Positions 43,064-52,804 of a DNA stretch of 64,000 nucleotides are shown in pieces. A model generated the notes under the pieces. The model was not told the DNA's origin. It did no database searches and saw only the letters and a program-made list of their open reading frames with translations. Where the stretch lies: positions 320,001 through 384,000 of the forward strand of contig CAVQBA010000007.1 of the NCBI GenBank assembly GCA_963710605.1. The letters are read 5' to 3'. The number at the start of each line of letters is the position of its first letter. Positions within the stretch are counted from its first letter, which is position 1. Origin of the DNA: an uncultured cyanobacterium. Lineage in GTDB: Bacteria > Cyanobacteriota > Cyanobacteriia > Cyanobacteriales > Cyanobacteriaceae. Position numbers and translations under genes: made by a program.

Positions 43064-44422
43064 ATGATTCACGATATATTTATGCCAGCCCTGAGTTCGA
43101 CGATGACCGAGGGAAAAATCGTTTCATGGGAAAAAAAGCCGGGCGATAAAGTTGAGAAAGGAGAAACCGTTGTTGTCGTAGAATCAGACAAAGCGGATAT
43201 GGATGTCGAATCATTCTATTCTGGATATTTAGCCACTATTTTAGTCTCTGCAGGAGAAGAAGCACCTGTGGGAAATGCGATCGCATATATTGCCGAAACA
43301 GAAGCAGAAATAGAAGAAGCAACTAAAAAAGCAAGTTCAGGTAACACAAAATCTTCTGGTGATTCCCAAGAAATAGTCAAAGGTACAATCAAAAAAACTG
43401 AAGCAAAATCAGAGCCTCAGCCTGTTGCCTCTAATGGAGTTGCCTCAGCTACTACTACTAATACTTCACCAACTTCTGCACCTCCTGAGCGTAATGGTAG
43501 AATTATCGCCTCTCCACGAGCGAAAAAATTAGCTAAAGAATTAAAAGTCGATTTAGCTACTATTCAAGGCACGGGTATTAGAGGGCGTATTGTTGCTGAG
43601 GATATTGAAAAATCCGTAGGTCAAACTTCTACCACCACTACGGCTAAGCAAGTAACTTCATTTACACCAGCAACAACGACTTCAGCACCTACAACTACGA
43701 CTTCAGCACCTAGCCCTACCCCTGCACCAACACCTCAAAATAACCACGCAGGAGAAACCGTACCGTTTACCAGTTTACAACAAGCGGTAATACGGAATAT
43801 GATGGCAAGTTTACAAGTACCAACTTTCCAAGTTAGTTACGCCATCAATACCGACGCTTTAGATGAACTTCATCGTCAAATCAAACCTAAAGGTGTTACA
43901 ATCACCAATTTATTAGTAAAAGCGATCGCTGTTACTTTACAAAAACATCCTGTAGTTAATGCTAGCTTTACCTCTGCAGGTATTAAATACAACGAATCAA
44001 TTAATGTATCGATCGCTGTCACTATGCCTGATGGTGGTTTGATTACACCAGTAATTCAAAAAGCAGATCAAATTGACATTTATTCTTTAGCTCGTAACTG
44101 GAAAGATTTAGTTGCTCGTGCCAGAAGTAAACAATTACAACCAGATGAATATTCTAGTGGTACTTTTACCTTATCTAATTTAGGTATGTATGGTGTGGAT
44201 CAATTTACAGCTATCTTACCCCCAGGGCAAGGTTCAATTTTAAGTATCGGTGGGGTGACTCCTACTGTTGTCGTTGGCGGTAATGGTTTATTTGGTGTTA
44301 AAAAGCAAATGAAAGTTAACATTACTTGTGATCACCGTATTATTTATGGTGCTGATGCGGCGGCATTCCTCAAAGATTTAGCCGATTTAATTGAAAATAA
44401 TCCTCATTCTCTAACTCTGTAA
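43064..44422 (+). CDS. pdhC: Pyruvate dehydrogenase E2 dihydrolipoamide acetyltransferase
   Basis: Lipoyl motif VESDKADM, E3-binding ASPRAKKLA, catalytic DHRIIYG. Confidence 0.96.
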   Translation: MIHDIFMPALSSTMTEGKIVSWEKKPGDKVEKGETVVVVESDKADMDVESFYSGYLATILVSAGEEAPVGNAIAYIAETEAEIEEATKKASSGNTKSSGDSQEIVKGTIKKTEAKSEPQPVASNGVASATTTNTSPTSAPPERNGRIIASPRAKKLAKELKVDLATIQGTGIRGRIVAEDIEKSVGQTSTTTTAKQVTSFTPATTTSAPTTTTSAPSPTPAPTPQNNHAGETVPFTSLQQAVIRNMMASLQVPTFQVSYAINTDALDELHRQIKPKGVTITNLLVKAIAVTLQKHPVVNASFTSAGIKYNESINVSIAVTMPDGGLITPVIQKADQIDIYSLARNWKDLVARARSKQLQPDEYSSGTFTLSNLGMYGVDQFTAILPPGQGSILSIGGVTPTVVVGGNGLFGVKKQMKVNITCDHRIIYGADAAAFLKDLADLIENNPHSLTL

Positions 44423-44479
44423 ATAGATTTAGATCGTATTTTTAATAGCGTTTATCAATCATATTTAGTACAGCTCGAT

Positions 44480-44510
44480 CCCCCTAAATCCCCCTTGTGA
44501 AGGGGGACTT
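44480..44510 (+). repeat. Cyanobacterial dispersed palindrome (CCCCCTAAATCCCCCTT..AAGGGGGACTT); may act as terminator
   Basis: Hairpin TCCCCCTT/AAGGGGGA; related copy at 12407-12434. Confidence 0.65.
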
Positions 44511-44590
44511 ACCATTGTTTATTGTTCGTAGTTGAGGCTTTAGCCTTAATTCTTAATTCTCAATTCTCAATTCTCAATTCTCAATTATAT

Positions 44591-45721
44591 ATGTACGATT
44601 GTATTATTGTCGGAGCAGGTCCTGCTGGAGCGAGTGCGGCTTATCATTTAGCGAAGAAGGGGGCATCGGTTTTACTGTTAGAACAAGCAAGTTTACCCCG
44701 TTATAAGCCCTGTGGCGGTGGTGTTTCTCCTGTTATTCAAGAATGGTTTGATTTTGATTTTTCTCCTGCTATTTCTCTTAAAAGTCCACGAGTTTATTGT
44801 ACTTGGGGCGATGAGGAAAAAGTAGAAGTTGATCTTGAAGATACGCCAATTTGGATGGTGAGAAGAGATGTATTTGATCATTTTTTAGTTAAACAAGCGA
44901 TCGCTCAAGGTGCTACTCTCAAAGACCAAACCCCCGTAACTTCGATCGAATTCAAAAATGATAGTTGGTTGGTTAATACAGCCAATGAAGTTTTTTCGGG
45001 ACGTTATTTAATCGGTGCTGATGGCTCAAAAGGCTCGATGGCAAAATGGTTAGGATTTACCAAACAAAAAAAATCGGTGGTGGGTGCATTAGAGTTAGAA
45101 ATACCTTCAACCTCACCTGTCAATGATGATACTTATTTTGAATTTGGTTTAGTCAAAAACGGTTATGCGTGGAATTTTCCTAAAGCTGATGGTTATTCGA
45201 TCGGTGCAGGTAGTTTCGCTAAAAAACGTCAAGCACAAAGTTTTCATAATCTGATTGAAGGTTATACTAATTCATTTAATTTAGATTTAGAAACGGGTAG
45301 TGAACATGGATATCCGATCGCATTATGGGATGGTAACCAAAAACTACATACCCAAAACGCTGTTTTAGCAGGAGAAGCGGCTTGTGTAGTCGATCCCTTT
45401 ACTGCCGAGGGGATTCGCCCTTCTATCTTTAGTGGTATTAAAGCCTCAGAAGCGATCGTTTCTGCATTAGCAGGAGAAACCAATGCTTTAGCTAAATACA
45501 GCGAAATTATGACCCAAGAATGGGGTACACAAATGGCTTGGGCATCTAAATTAGGAGGATTATTTTATCGTTTTCCCAAATTAGGTTATCAAGTTGGGGT
45601 CAAAAATCCCGCAGGAGGTAAAACCATGATGCAAGTATTTACCGGAAAATTAACTTATGAAGAAGTAGCAAATAAAGGAATTCGTTTGTTAACTAAAAAA
45701 GCAACATCTTTTATTCATTAA
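44591..45721 (+). CDS. Geranylgeranyl reductase family FAD-dependent oxidoreductase
   Basis: VGAGPAG, PRYKPCGGG, GYAWNFPK, GEAA..VDPFTAEGI. Confidence 0.9.
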   Translation: MYDCIIVGAGPAGASAAYHLAKKGASVLLLEQASLPRYKPCGGGVSPVIQEWFDFDFSPAISLKSPRVYCTWGDEEKVEVDLEDTPIWMVRRDVFDHFLVKQAIAQGATLKDQTPVTSIEFKNDSWLVNTANEVFSGRYLIGADGSKGSMAKWLGFTKQKKSVVGALELEIPSTSPVNDDTYFEFGLVKNGYAWNFPKADGYSIGAGSFAKKRQAQSFHNLIEGYTNSFNLDLETGSEHGYPIALWDGNQKLHTQNAVLAGEAACVVDPFTAEGIRPSIFSGIKASEAIVSALAGETNALAKYSEIMTQEWGTQMAWASKLGGLFYRFPKLGYQVGVKNPAGGKTMMQVFTGKLTYEEVANKGIRLLTKKATSFIH

Positions 45722-45795
45722 CAATTGAAAGAAATCTCTTTTAAAATAAATCCTATTTCAAATTCGTCTATATTTATTTATCATAATAATCTTCA

Positions 45796-46923
45796 ATGAC
45801 GGCTAACGAAACTCGTTCAACTAATGGGGTTAATAACACACCCACCAATATTTCCTTAAATTATTTTTACGATCGCCCCGGAAGCTTACCTGGGACAATT
45901 TCTGTTGTCAAAAAAGCGAAAACTCCTGAAATTGTTTTAACTGAATACAACGAAAATCAATATAAACGTCTGGCTAATATAACACCAGTTGAATGTGCCT
46001 CTTCTATTAATTCTGAATTTGTGTCTTGGATTGATGTACGTGGTTTAGGTGATCAAACTACTTTAGAACAGTTAGGAGAAGTTTTTCAGCTTCATCCTTT
46101 AGTATTAGAAGATATAGTTAATGTACCTCAACGTCCAAAATTAGAAGATCATCAAAACCAATTATTAATTATCACTCAGATGGTAAACCTTAAATCTAAA
46201 AAGAAGGGGTTTTGGTTAGAACAAGTAAGTTTTGTTTTAGGTAAAGATTACTTATTGACAGTACAAGAAGAGCCAAAAAGAGATTGTTTTAATCCTATAC
46301 GCGATCGCTTAGAGAAAAGTAAAGGAAATATTCGTACCTCTCAAGCCGATTACCTCACTTATGCACTTTGGGATACTATCATTGATGGCTATTATTTTGT
46401 TTTAGAAATGTACAGTGAAAAAATCGAAACATTAGAAGACTTAGTCGTTAAAAACCCAACAGAGAAAACCTTAGCTAAAATTCATCGTCTCAAACGTGAA
46501 CTTCTTACTTTACGCCGTGCTATTTTACCTCAAAGATATGCTTTGAATACTTTGATTAGAGATGGACATTCTTTAGTGGATGATGATCTTTTGCGTTATT
46601 TTAAAGATTGTTATGATCACACAGTCCAAATTATCGACACGATCGAAATTTATCGAGAATTAGCATCTGGCTTAATGGATATTTATCTATCGGCGGCTAG
46701 TAATAAAATGAATGAGGTGATGAAACTACTCACCATTATTTCGACCATATTTATCCCCTTGACTTTCATTGTCGGGGTTTATGGTATGAATTTTAACCAC
46801 GAAGCTTCTCCTTGGAATATGCCCGAATTAGATTGGTATTGGGGTTATCCTCTTTGTTTAGCTATCATGCTGGTGATTGCAATTGCTTTATATATTTATT
46901 TTTGGCGAAAAGGATGGCTGTGA
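45796..46923 (+). CDS. corA: Magnesium/cobalt transporter CorA
   Basis: LHPLVLED, QRPK, YGMNF, MPEL. Confidence 0.95.
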   Translation: MTANETRSTNGVNNTPTNISLNYFYDRPGSLPGTISVVKKAKTPEIVLTEYNENQYKRLANITPVECASSINSEFVSWIDVRGLGDQTTLEQLGEVFQLHPLVLEDIVNVPQRPKLEDHQNQLLIITQMVNLKSKKKGFWLEQVSFVLGKDYLLTVQEEPKRDCFNPIRDRLEKSKGNIRTSQADYLTYALWDTIIDGYYFVLEMYSEKIETLEDLVVKNPTEKTLAKIHRLKRELLTLRRAILPQRYALNTLIRDGHSLVDDDLLRYFKDCYDHTVQIIDTIEIYRELASGLMDIYLSAASNKMNEVMKLLTIISTIFIPLTFIVGVYGMNFNHEASPWNMPELDWYWGYPLCLAIMLVIAIALYIYFWRKGWL

Positions 46924-47079
46924 GAAAAATGGAGAATTGAGAATTGAGATGAATTCTTGCTTAAAGCAATTATTCGGTGAGAATTGAGATGAATTATATA
47001 TATCTATAGCCAAAAACTGAAAAATCAATTATGATAAATTTTTGATTAATAAAATCATTGTGAACCTAACTAATCAGTT

Positions 47080-47400
47080 ATGAGTGAAAATGTGGAGCAG
47101 AGTTTACTAAAAGAAGAATTACATAAATCAATTCAAACTATCGAAGAGTTAGCTGAAAAATCAGAAGATGATATTTTTGCGATACTTTTGATTTTGAGAG
47201 AGTTAGAATCGCTACACCGAACTATTAGGACTCAAATGTTTGAACCGAGTTTACCTGATACCCGTCATCATCTTTATATATTGATGAAACACCTTGAGGA
47301 AGTTGGTGGCTGGCCATATATTGAAAGGATGAGACTTAGAAGTATTTGCCAGAATTTGGTTGTCAAAGAGGAAAACACGTCTTCAACTGAAACTGACTAA
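47080..47400 (+). CDS. Conserved cyanobacterial hypothetical protein
   Basis: LRELE.LHR.IR...F..SLP..R..LY..L..EE.GGWPYIERM pattern. Confidence 0.75.
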   Translation: MSENVEQSLLKEELHKSIQTIEELAEKSEDDIFAILLILRELESLHRTIRTQMFEPSLPDTRHHLYILMKHLEEVGGWPYIERMRLRSICQNLVVKEENTSSTETD

Positions 47401-47614
47401 TAATATCTATTAAGAAGGTGGTTGTTGATCCAATTTTTTGATTAATTAACCGCCTTTGACGATCGTACTATTTCTTCTTCTAATCTATCTTCATTGTAAA
47501 GTGCTTCAATAGATATCGATCGGGCTTTTGCCTGCCACTACGTAATTGATGTTTTTTAGTTATTTGAGCGAATGCGTTGGTCAAATAATGGAGCTACTTT
47601 TGAGCGATCGTATC

Positions 47615-47706
47615 TATAGCAAAGGGCACTCGTGCAAAGGTAAAATGCTTATATATTAATAGTTTGAGCCTTTACATTTGTCCTAACTGTTATGGCTACT
47701 GCTATA
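47615..47706. mobile_element. MITE-like element with TATAGCA terminal inverted repeats
   Basis: TATAGCA...TGCTATA, 92 bp, non-coding. Confidence 0.55.
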
Positions 47707-47862
47707 TTACCTAAAGAAAATAAATATAATTCGCTTCTAAGTACAGGACAAAAAATTAAGAGAAAATTGACTGTAGTAGGATAGTTAATCATTTTGCGTT
47801 ACTATTAATCAATAATAGTTTAATTTTATTTAATTAACTTCACAGGTTTTTTTGTACTAGCT

Positions 47863-48315
47863 ATGTATATTGGCACGAAAGAAGCATCGACTTTATTAAA
47901 TATTTCTCAAAATAGACTCTCTCAGCTATTACTTCAAAAAAGAGTCAGAGGAGCTTACAAGTCTGGTGGTATTTGGATTATTCCCCTTTATGGTCAATTA
48001 CCTGAAATTATTGATGGTCAACGAGGAAAAAAAGGAACTTGGAATCGTCAACGTAAACAGCGTAAATCGATCGTTCACGTTAATTCTCAAAACATAAAGC
48101 ATAATAGTAAGCACAAAGATAAACCAAAACCTGTAATCATCGTCAAAGGTAAAGAAAAGGGTTGTGTGAGTTATTTAGAAATTCCCTGTGCTTCTCGAAT
48201 ATATTATCGGTCTGATAAGCCATTACATTCTGGAGCAAAAGTTTGGATTGAAGTAGATTGTCCTAATTTAATCAGTTTACAACCCAAAAATAATATTATG
48301 AATCATCTTGCCTAA
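47863..48315 (+). CDS. Helix-turn-helix DNA-binding protein (excisionase-like N-terminus)
   Basis: IGTKEAS.LLNIS..RL.QLL...RV.GAYK.G..W.IP; C-terminal HVN..I...PVI..GAKVWIE. Confidence 0.7.
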   Translation: MYIGTKEASTLLNISQNRLSQLLLQKRVRGAYKSGGIWIIPLYGQLPEIIDGQRGKKGTWNRQRKQRKSIVHVNSQNIKHNSKHKDKPKPVIIVKGKEKGCVSYLEIPCASRIYYRSDKPLHSGAKVWIEVDCPNLISLQPKNNIMNHLA

Positions 48316-48396
48316 GTAAGAAACCTGCCTATAAGTAAAGTAGCAACTAAGCGAGGTTAATAATGATATTTGATTTTGGTAGTTTGTGCGATCGTA

Positions 48397-48954
48397 CTAT
48401 ATATCTTTTTTTTCTTGTTTAATTTTTTGTAATTCTATTTTAAATTCTAATATTAAATATTTTAAAAACATTGGGATATAAAAACCTATTAAAGACCAAA
48501 TAATTGCCGAAATTGCTAACCAAGCTCTGTAATTTAATAAGTATTTTGTGTAGGAAAAAAATAAACCTCCGAATAAACTTATAGATATTAGCAATAAAAT
48601 AGGAATAGTTTCAAGACAATAATACATATATGTGTATCTCGATAATATTTCATTATTTTCGGTGCTAATAGTAATATTGCCACCAAAAATATTATAAAAT
48701 GTCTTTGTTATGGCAGTATGCTTTTGATACTTTACAATGATAAAAATATACTCTACAGCTAGAAAGTTAAAAGAAGAATCGTATAATAGGTAATTATCTA
48801 AAAAATCTGGCTTCTCTTCTTACAGATTAACTTTAATTATTTTATACTTATCTGGATATTTAACGAGATTATAAAAATTTGTTATCCAAATAAATAAAGT
48901 AACAAAAATACCGATACATAATTCAGTTATCATACATATAATGATTGATTTCAT
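48397..48954 (-). pseudogene. Possible degraded membrane-protein gene
   Basis: Hydrophobic fragments on the minus strand (MKSIIICMITELCIGIFVTLFIWI... and the 76-aa ORF) broken by stops and frameshifts; very AT-rich. Confidence 0.3.
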
Positions 48955-49005
48955 GATATTAAAATTATTTTTTCGATTTAGATAATAATTTACTTCAATT
49001 ACTCA

Positions 49006-50490
49006 TTAATCCTCTTGTTTCCATTCAGGTTTTGACTCAGCGGCTTTAGGAGATTGAAAATTTTCTGGTTTTTTCAATCGATATGACACTACATTACTCG
49101 GCTTTTGTGGTGCTACTTTTGGTTTAATCGCTTCTTTTCTTTTATCAGATGTTCTTTCTTCACTTGTGTCTTGTGCAATTAATTCATAAAGGATAGCTAA
49201 TTTATCGGTTTCTCCTTTTCGTAATATTCGCCCTAGTCTTTGGACATATTCTCGATTTGAAGCTGTACCTGAAATGATGACAGCTATTTTCGCCGAAGGC
49301 ACATCAACTCCTTCATTTAAAACATGAGAAGCAACGATCGTTTTATACTCTCCTGCTTTATACTTAGTTAAAATTAAATGACGCTCTTTCACTGGAGTTT
49401 GATGAGTAATGGCAGGTATTAAATATTCTTGAGAAATACGATAAACCGTAGCGTTATCGTTAGTAAAAATCAGCATCTTATCTGGATAATGCTTTTGAAT
49501 TAGTTCGGTTAAAACTTTTAATTTAGCAGTTGTACCTAAAGCTATTTCTTTCGCTCGACGATGGGCTAACATTGCTCTTCTTCCTGCTTGAGATGAGGCA
49601 CTAGCTTTAACAAACAATTCCCATCCTTTTAAACTTGATAGGTAGATATTGTTGTTACGTAAAAAAGTATTTCTAGTTTCGATCGCTTTGGTATATTCAG
49701 TTTTCTCCTCTGTAGTTAACTCAACCTTAATTGGTTTGACTTGATATTTAGCTAAAGTATTACCCGATAATTCCTGCGGTGTTTTACGATAAACAACCTT
49801 CCCGATTAATTGATTTAATTGCTGATGTGAGCCATCTTCTCTTTCAGGTGTAGCTGTTAAACCCAGACGATAAGGGGCGATCGATTCTTCGGCAATAACT
49901 CGAAAAAAATCGGTAGGTAAATGATGGCATTCATCGAAAATAAGTAAACCATAACTACTACCTAAAGTTTGAGCATGAATTGCCGCACTATGATAAGTAG
50001 AGATTAACACAGAAGTTCGATCGCTACTGCCTCCTCCTAATAAACCTAATTCGACGTTCTCAAAACAAGCCTCAATTTCTGCATACCATTGGTGCATCAA
50101 ATCTAAAGTTGGCACCATAATCAAAGTATTACGAGGAGTAGAAGCCATCGCTAGTTGGGCTAAATAGGTCTTTCCTGCTCCTGTAGGTAGCACAACTACC
50201 CCCTGACGATTTGCTTGTTTCCATGCTTCTAAGGCTTCAGTTTGATGGGGATATGGCTCTTTTGGCGATCGCATCACCATTTCTAAAGGAAAAAAGTCTT
50301 TAGCAACATCAATAAAGTCAATATTATTCTTTTGTAATGTTTCAACTAAAGCCCGATAATCTGTGGCTTGGATTCTAAATTTTTCGATTCTGTCATCCCA
50401 AACGGCGTAATCTATCCATGCTTTACCTTTTGGCGGTGGGTGTAATATTAATGTTCCTCGATCGTAACTTAATCTACTTTTTCGAGCCAT
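49006..50490 (-). CDS. SF2 DEAD/DEAH helicase (XPB/Rad25-like)
   Basis: LPTGAGKT, DECHH, GLTATPER, EGVDVP, QRLGRILR. Confidence 0.92.
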   Translation of the reverse strand: MARKSRLSYDRGTLILHPPPKGKAWIDYAVWDDRIEKFRIQATDYRALVETLQKNNIDFIDVAKDFFPLEMVMRSPKEPYPHQTEALEAWKQANRQGVVVLPTGAGKTYLAQLAMASTPRNTLIMVPTLDLMHQWYAEIEACFENVELGLLGGGSSDRTSVLISTYHSAAIHAQTLGSSYGLLIFDECHHLPTDFFRVIAEESIAPYRLGLTATPEREDGSHQQLNQLIGKVVYRKTPQELSGNTLAKYQVKPIKVELTTEEKTEYTKAIETRNTFLRNNNIYLSSLKGWELFVKASASSQAGRRAMLAHRRAKEIALGTTAKLKVLTELIQKHYPDKMLIFTNDNATVYRISQEYLIPAITHQTPVKERHLILTKYKAGEYKTIVASHVLNEGVDVPSAKIAVIISGTASNREYVQRLGRILRKGETDKLAILYELIAQDTSEERTSDKRKEAIKPKVAPQKPSNVVSYRLKKPENFQSPKAAESKPEWKQED

Positions 50491-50753
50491 GTTTAAATAA
50501 TTGATAATTAAAAATTTTAGTGCAAGAAGTTTGGTTACACAAGCATCAATTGTCAATTGTTTTATAGATCTATTTAGGACTATTCAATTTACTAGGAAAC
50601 AAGGCACTTAGACCTGATCATAGTGAGATTCACATAGTAGTCATCGATGTAGTATAAAATGAAATAGAAAGACCAAAAAAAATAGAAATTATTCAATCTT
50701 ACTTATGGAGAAAGAAATAGACAAATTTGCCCAAAAATAAGTTTAATTACAGC

Positions 50754-50870
50754 TATAGCATTCCTGAATCATTCATGAGAATTTACCATACATGAATAAC
50801 TTAGGAAATTGAAAAATTTGTTTATGAGTTACAAACTCAAACAAATATTTAACTATCTAGGATTGCTATA
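50754..50870. mobile_element. MITE-like element with TATAGCAWTCCT terminal inverted repeats
   Basis: TATAGCATTCCT ... AGGATTGCTATA (11/12 match), 117 bp. Confidence 0.65.
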
Positions 50871-52086
50871 TTAACTCAAAATCAGTAAATCTTTCTACAC
50901 AACGAGCAAAAATTTCTACACCCATACTTAAAACGGTCTCATCAAAATCAAAACGGGGGTGATGATGAGGAAAATCTAAACCTAAATTACTGTTAGCCGA
51001 ACCTAAGAAGAAATAACAGCCGGGTACTTTCTCTAAAAAGAATGACATATCTTCTCCCCCCATAGTTTGACATTCAGGCACTACTCCCAAAGGAGTTTCC
51101 ACCACTTCCAAAGCTATAGATTTAACTAGTTGAGTTATTCGAGGATGATTAATAACCGGAGGACATAAGCACCAATAATTTAATTCATATTGAGCTCTAT
51201 GACATTGACAAATTCCTGCAATAATCTCTTCTATTCTCTGCTTCATGAATTTTTTTAAGCCAAGATTAAAATAACGGACAGTACCACTTATTTTTGCTCT
51301 ATCAGCAATCACATTTAAGGCAGTACCAGCATGAAATTCACCGACAGTTACTACCGCCGAATCGATGGGCGAAACATTACGAGAAACTACAGTTTGTAAA
51401 GCATTAACAATTTCTGCACCGACTACCACAGAATCGATCGTTTGTTGAGGGATAGCTCCATGTCCTCCTTTCCCAAAAAGATTACATTTAAACGATTCCG
51501 ATGCCGCCATTAATGCTCCTTCTCTGACTCCCACAGTACCTAAAGGCAAATGATTCCACAAATGCAGACCGATAATAGCAGAAACATCCGGATTAGATAG
51601 TACCCCTTCTTCAATCATTGCTTTAGCACCACCTGCCCCTTCTTCTGCGGGCTGAAAGATAATTTTGACCGTTCCAGACCATTTATTGGTATTATGTGCC
51701 AGATAATAGGCAATTCCTAAGGCGATCGCTGTGTGTCCATCATGACCACAGGCGTGCATAATACCATCATGACGAGAACAATAGGATACTTGATTTTCTT
51801 CTTGAATTGGCAACGCATCCATATCGGCACGAATAGCTAAGACTTTACCTGGATTATTACTAACGATCGTAGCGACAACACCTGTTTTAGCAACTTGTGT
51901 CTGATGAGGTATATTCCATTGCTGTAATTTTTGAGCGATAAAACCAGCCGTAAATCGTTCCTGAAAACCTAATTCTGGATTTTGATGAAATTTTCTTCGC
52001 CATTGTGCTAGCTGAGGTTGTAATTCTAAAATTGAAGGGCGAATTTCTTGAGTGTTGACTTTTAAGAGATTATTTTTTCTTTCCAT
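50866..52086 (-). CDS. M20D family amidohydrolase (N-acyl-L-amino acid amidohydrolase type)
   Basis: HQNPELGFQE, RADMDALP, MHACGHDGH, FQPAEEG, GKGGHG, EDMSF, HHPRFD. Confidence 0.93.
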   Translation of the reverse strand: MERKNNLLKVNTQEIRPSILELQPQLAQWRRKFHQNPELGFQERFTAGFIAQKLQQWNIPHQTQVAKTGVVATIVSNNPGKVLAIRADMDALPIQEENQVSYCSRHDGIMHACGHDGHTAIALGIAYYLAHNTNKWSGTVKIIFQPAEEGAGGAKAMIEEGVLSNPDVSAIIGLHLWNHLPLGTVGVREGALMAASESFKCNLFGKGGHGAIPQQTIDSVVVGAEIVNALQTVVSRNVSPIDSAVVTVGEFHAGTALNVIADRAKISGTVRYFNLGLKKFMKQRIEEIIAGICQCHRAQYELNYWCLCPPVINHPRITQLVKSIALEVVETPLGVVPECQTMGGEDMSFFLEKVPGCYFFLGSANSNLGLDFPHHHPRFDFDETVLSMGVEIFARCVERFTDFELI

Positions 52087-52296
52087 TTTGATAATTAGTT
52101 AGATTCCTATAACGCAAGAACCTATCCTACTATTCTTGAAATATTTCACCTAAGTTGCTAGTTATCAAAAATCATCTAAATTAGAGATAAAAAAGCGTTA
52201 TTCGAGAGAAAAATAACAGTAATTTTAGATAGTAAGTAGAAACTTGCGTTATTTATATTTACATTGTGACCAATCTAATCTATTAGACTAGTTTTC

Positions 52297-52768
52297 TTAA
52301 AATTCTATTAGCATAGGCTTTTCTAACTCTTGAAGAATATTAGGAGAAATTGCAATGGAATAACTCAAATCACCTGCATTAAAATAAATTTTATCAACAT
52401 TGAGTAAATCTCGATCCATAACTAATTTAAGTCCAAAAGCTTTTGCTAATGGTGGGAGTTCTCCAAAATTACATCCCGTAACCTCTTTTAGCTGTTCTAT
52501 ATTTGCTAATCTCACACTTTTAGAACCAATAGCACGATTAATTTTAGATAGATCAGCTTTTCTTGTTCGCAGGAAGGGCGACAATAACAAATCCTTTTTC
52601 TCCTTGTTTTTTATACCGAACAAAAAGAGCTTTTGCTTGTTGCTCATATTTTGTACCTAGAGTTTGATGGTACTCTTCTGCACTACCTGCTGGTTCATGA
52701 TGAATTTCTTCGTATTCTACATGATTATCATCTAAATAGCATTTTACTAATTCTTTTACACTTTTCAT
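52297..52768 (-). pseudogene. YbaK/ProX-family aminoacyl-tRNA deacylase, split by +1 A in a run at 52558-52561 (possibly a sequence error)
   Basis: N-half YEEIHHEP...QAKAL..VALPANKK joins C-half ADLSKI..VRLA..TGCNFGELPPL..MD..IYFNAG; about 156 aa when repaired. Confidence 0.85.
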
Positions 52769-52804
52769 TTTTTTACCTAATAAAATTAACATTTGAAAAA
52801 TCAC

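Noticed and set aside
46939-46995. 17-bp direct repeat GAGAATTGAGATGAATT flanking 23 bp
   Set aside because: Derived from the local GAGAATT heptamer; only two copies, so not an array or a convincing att site.
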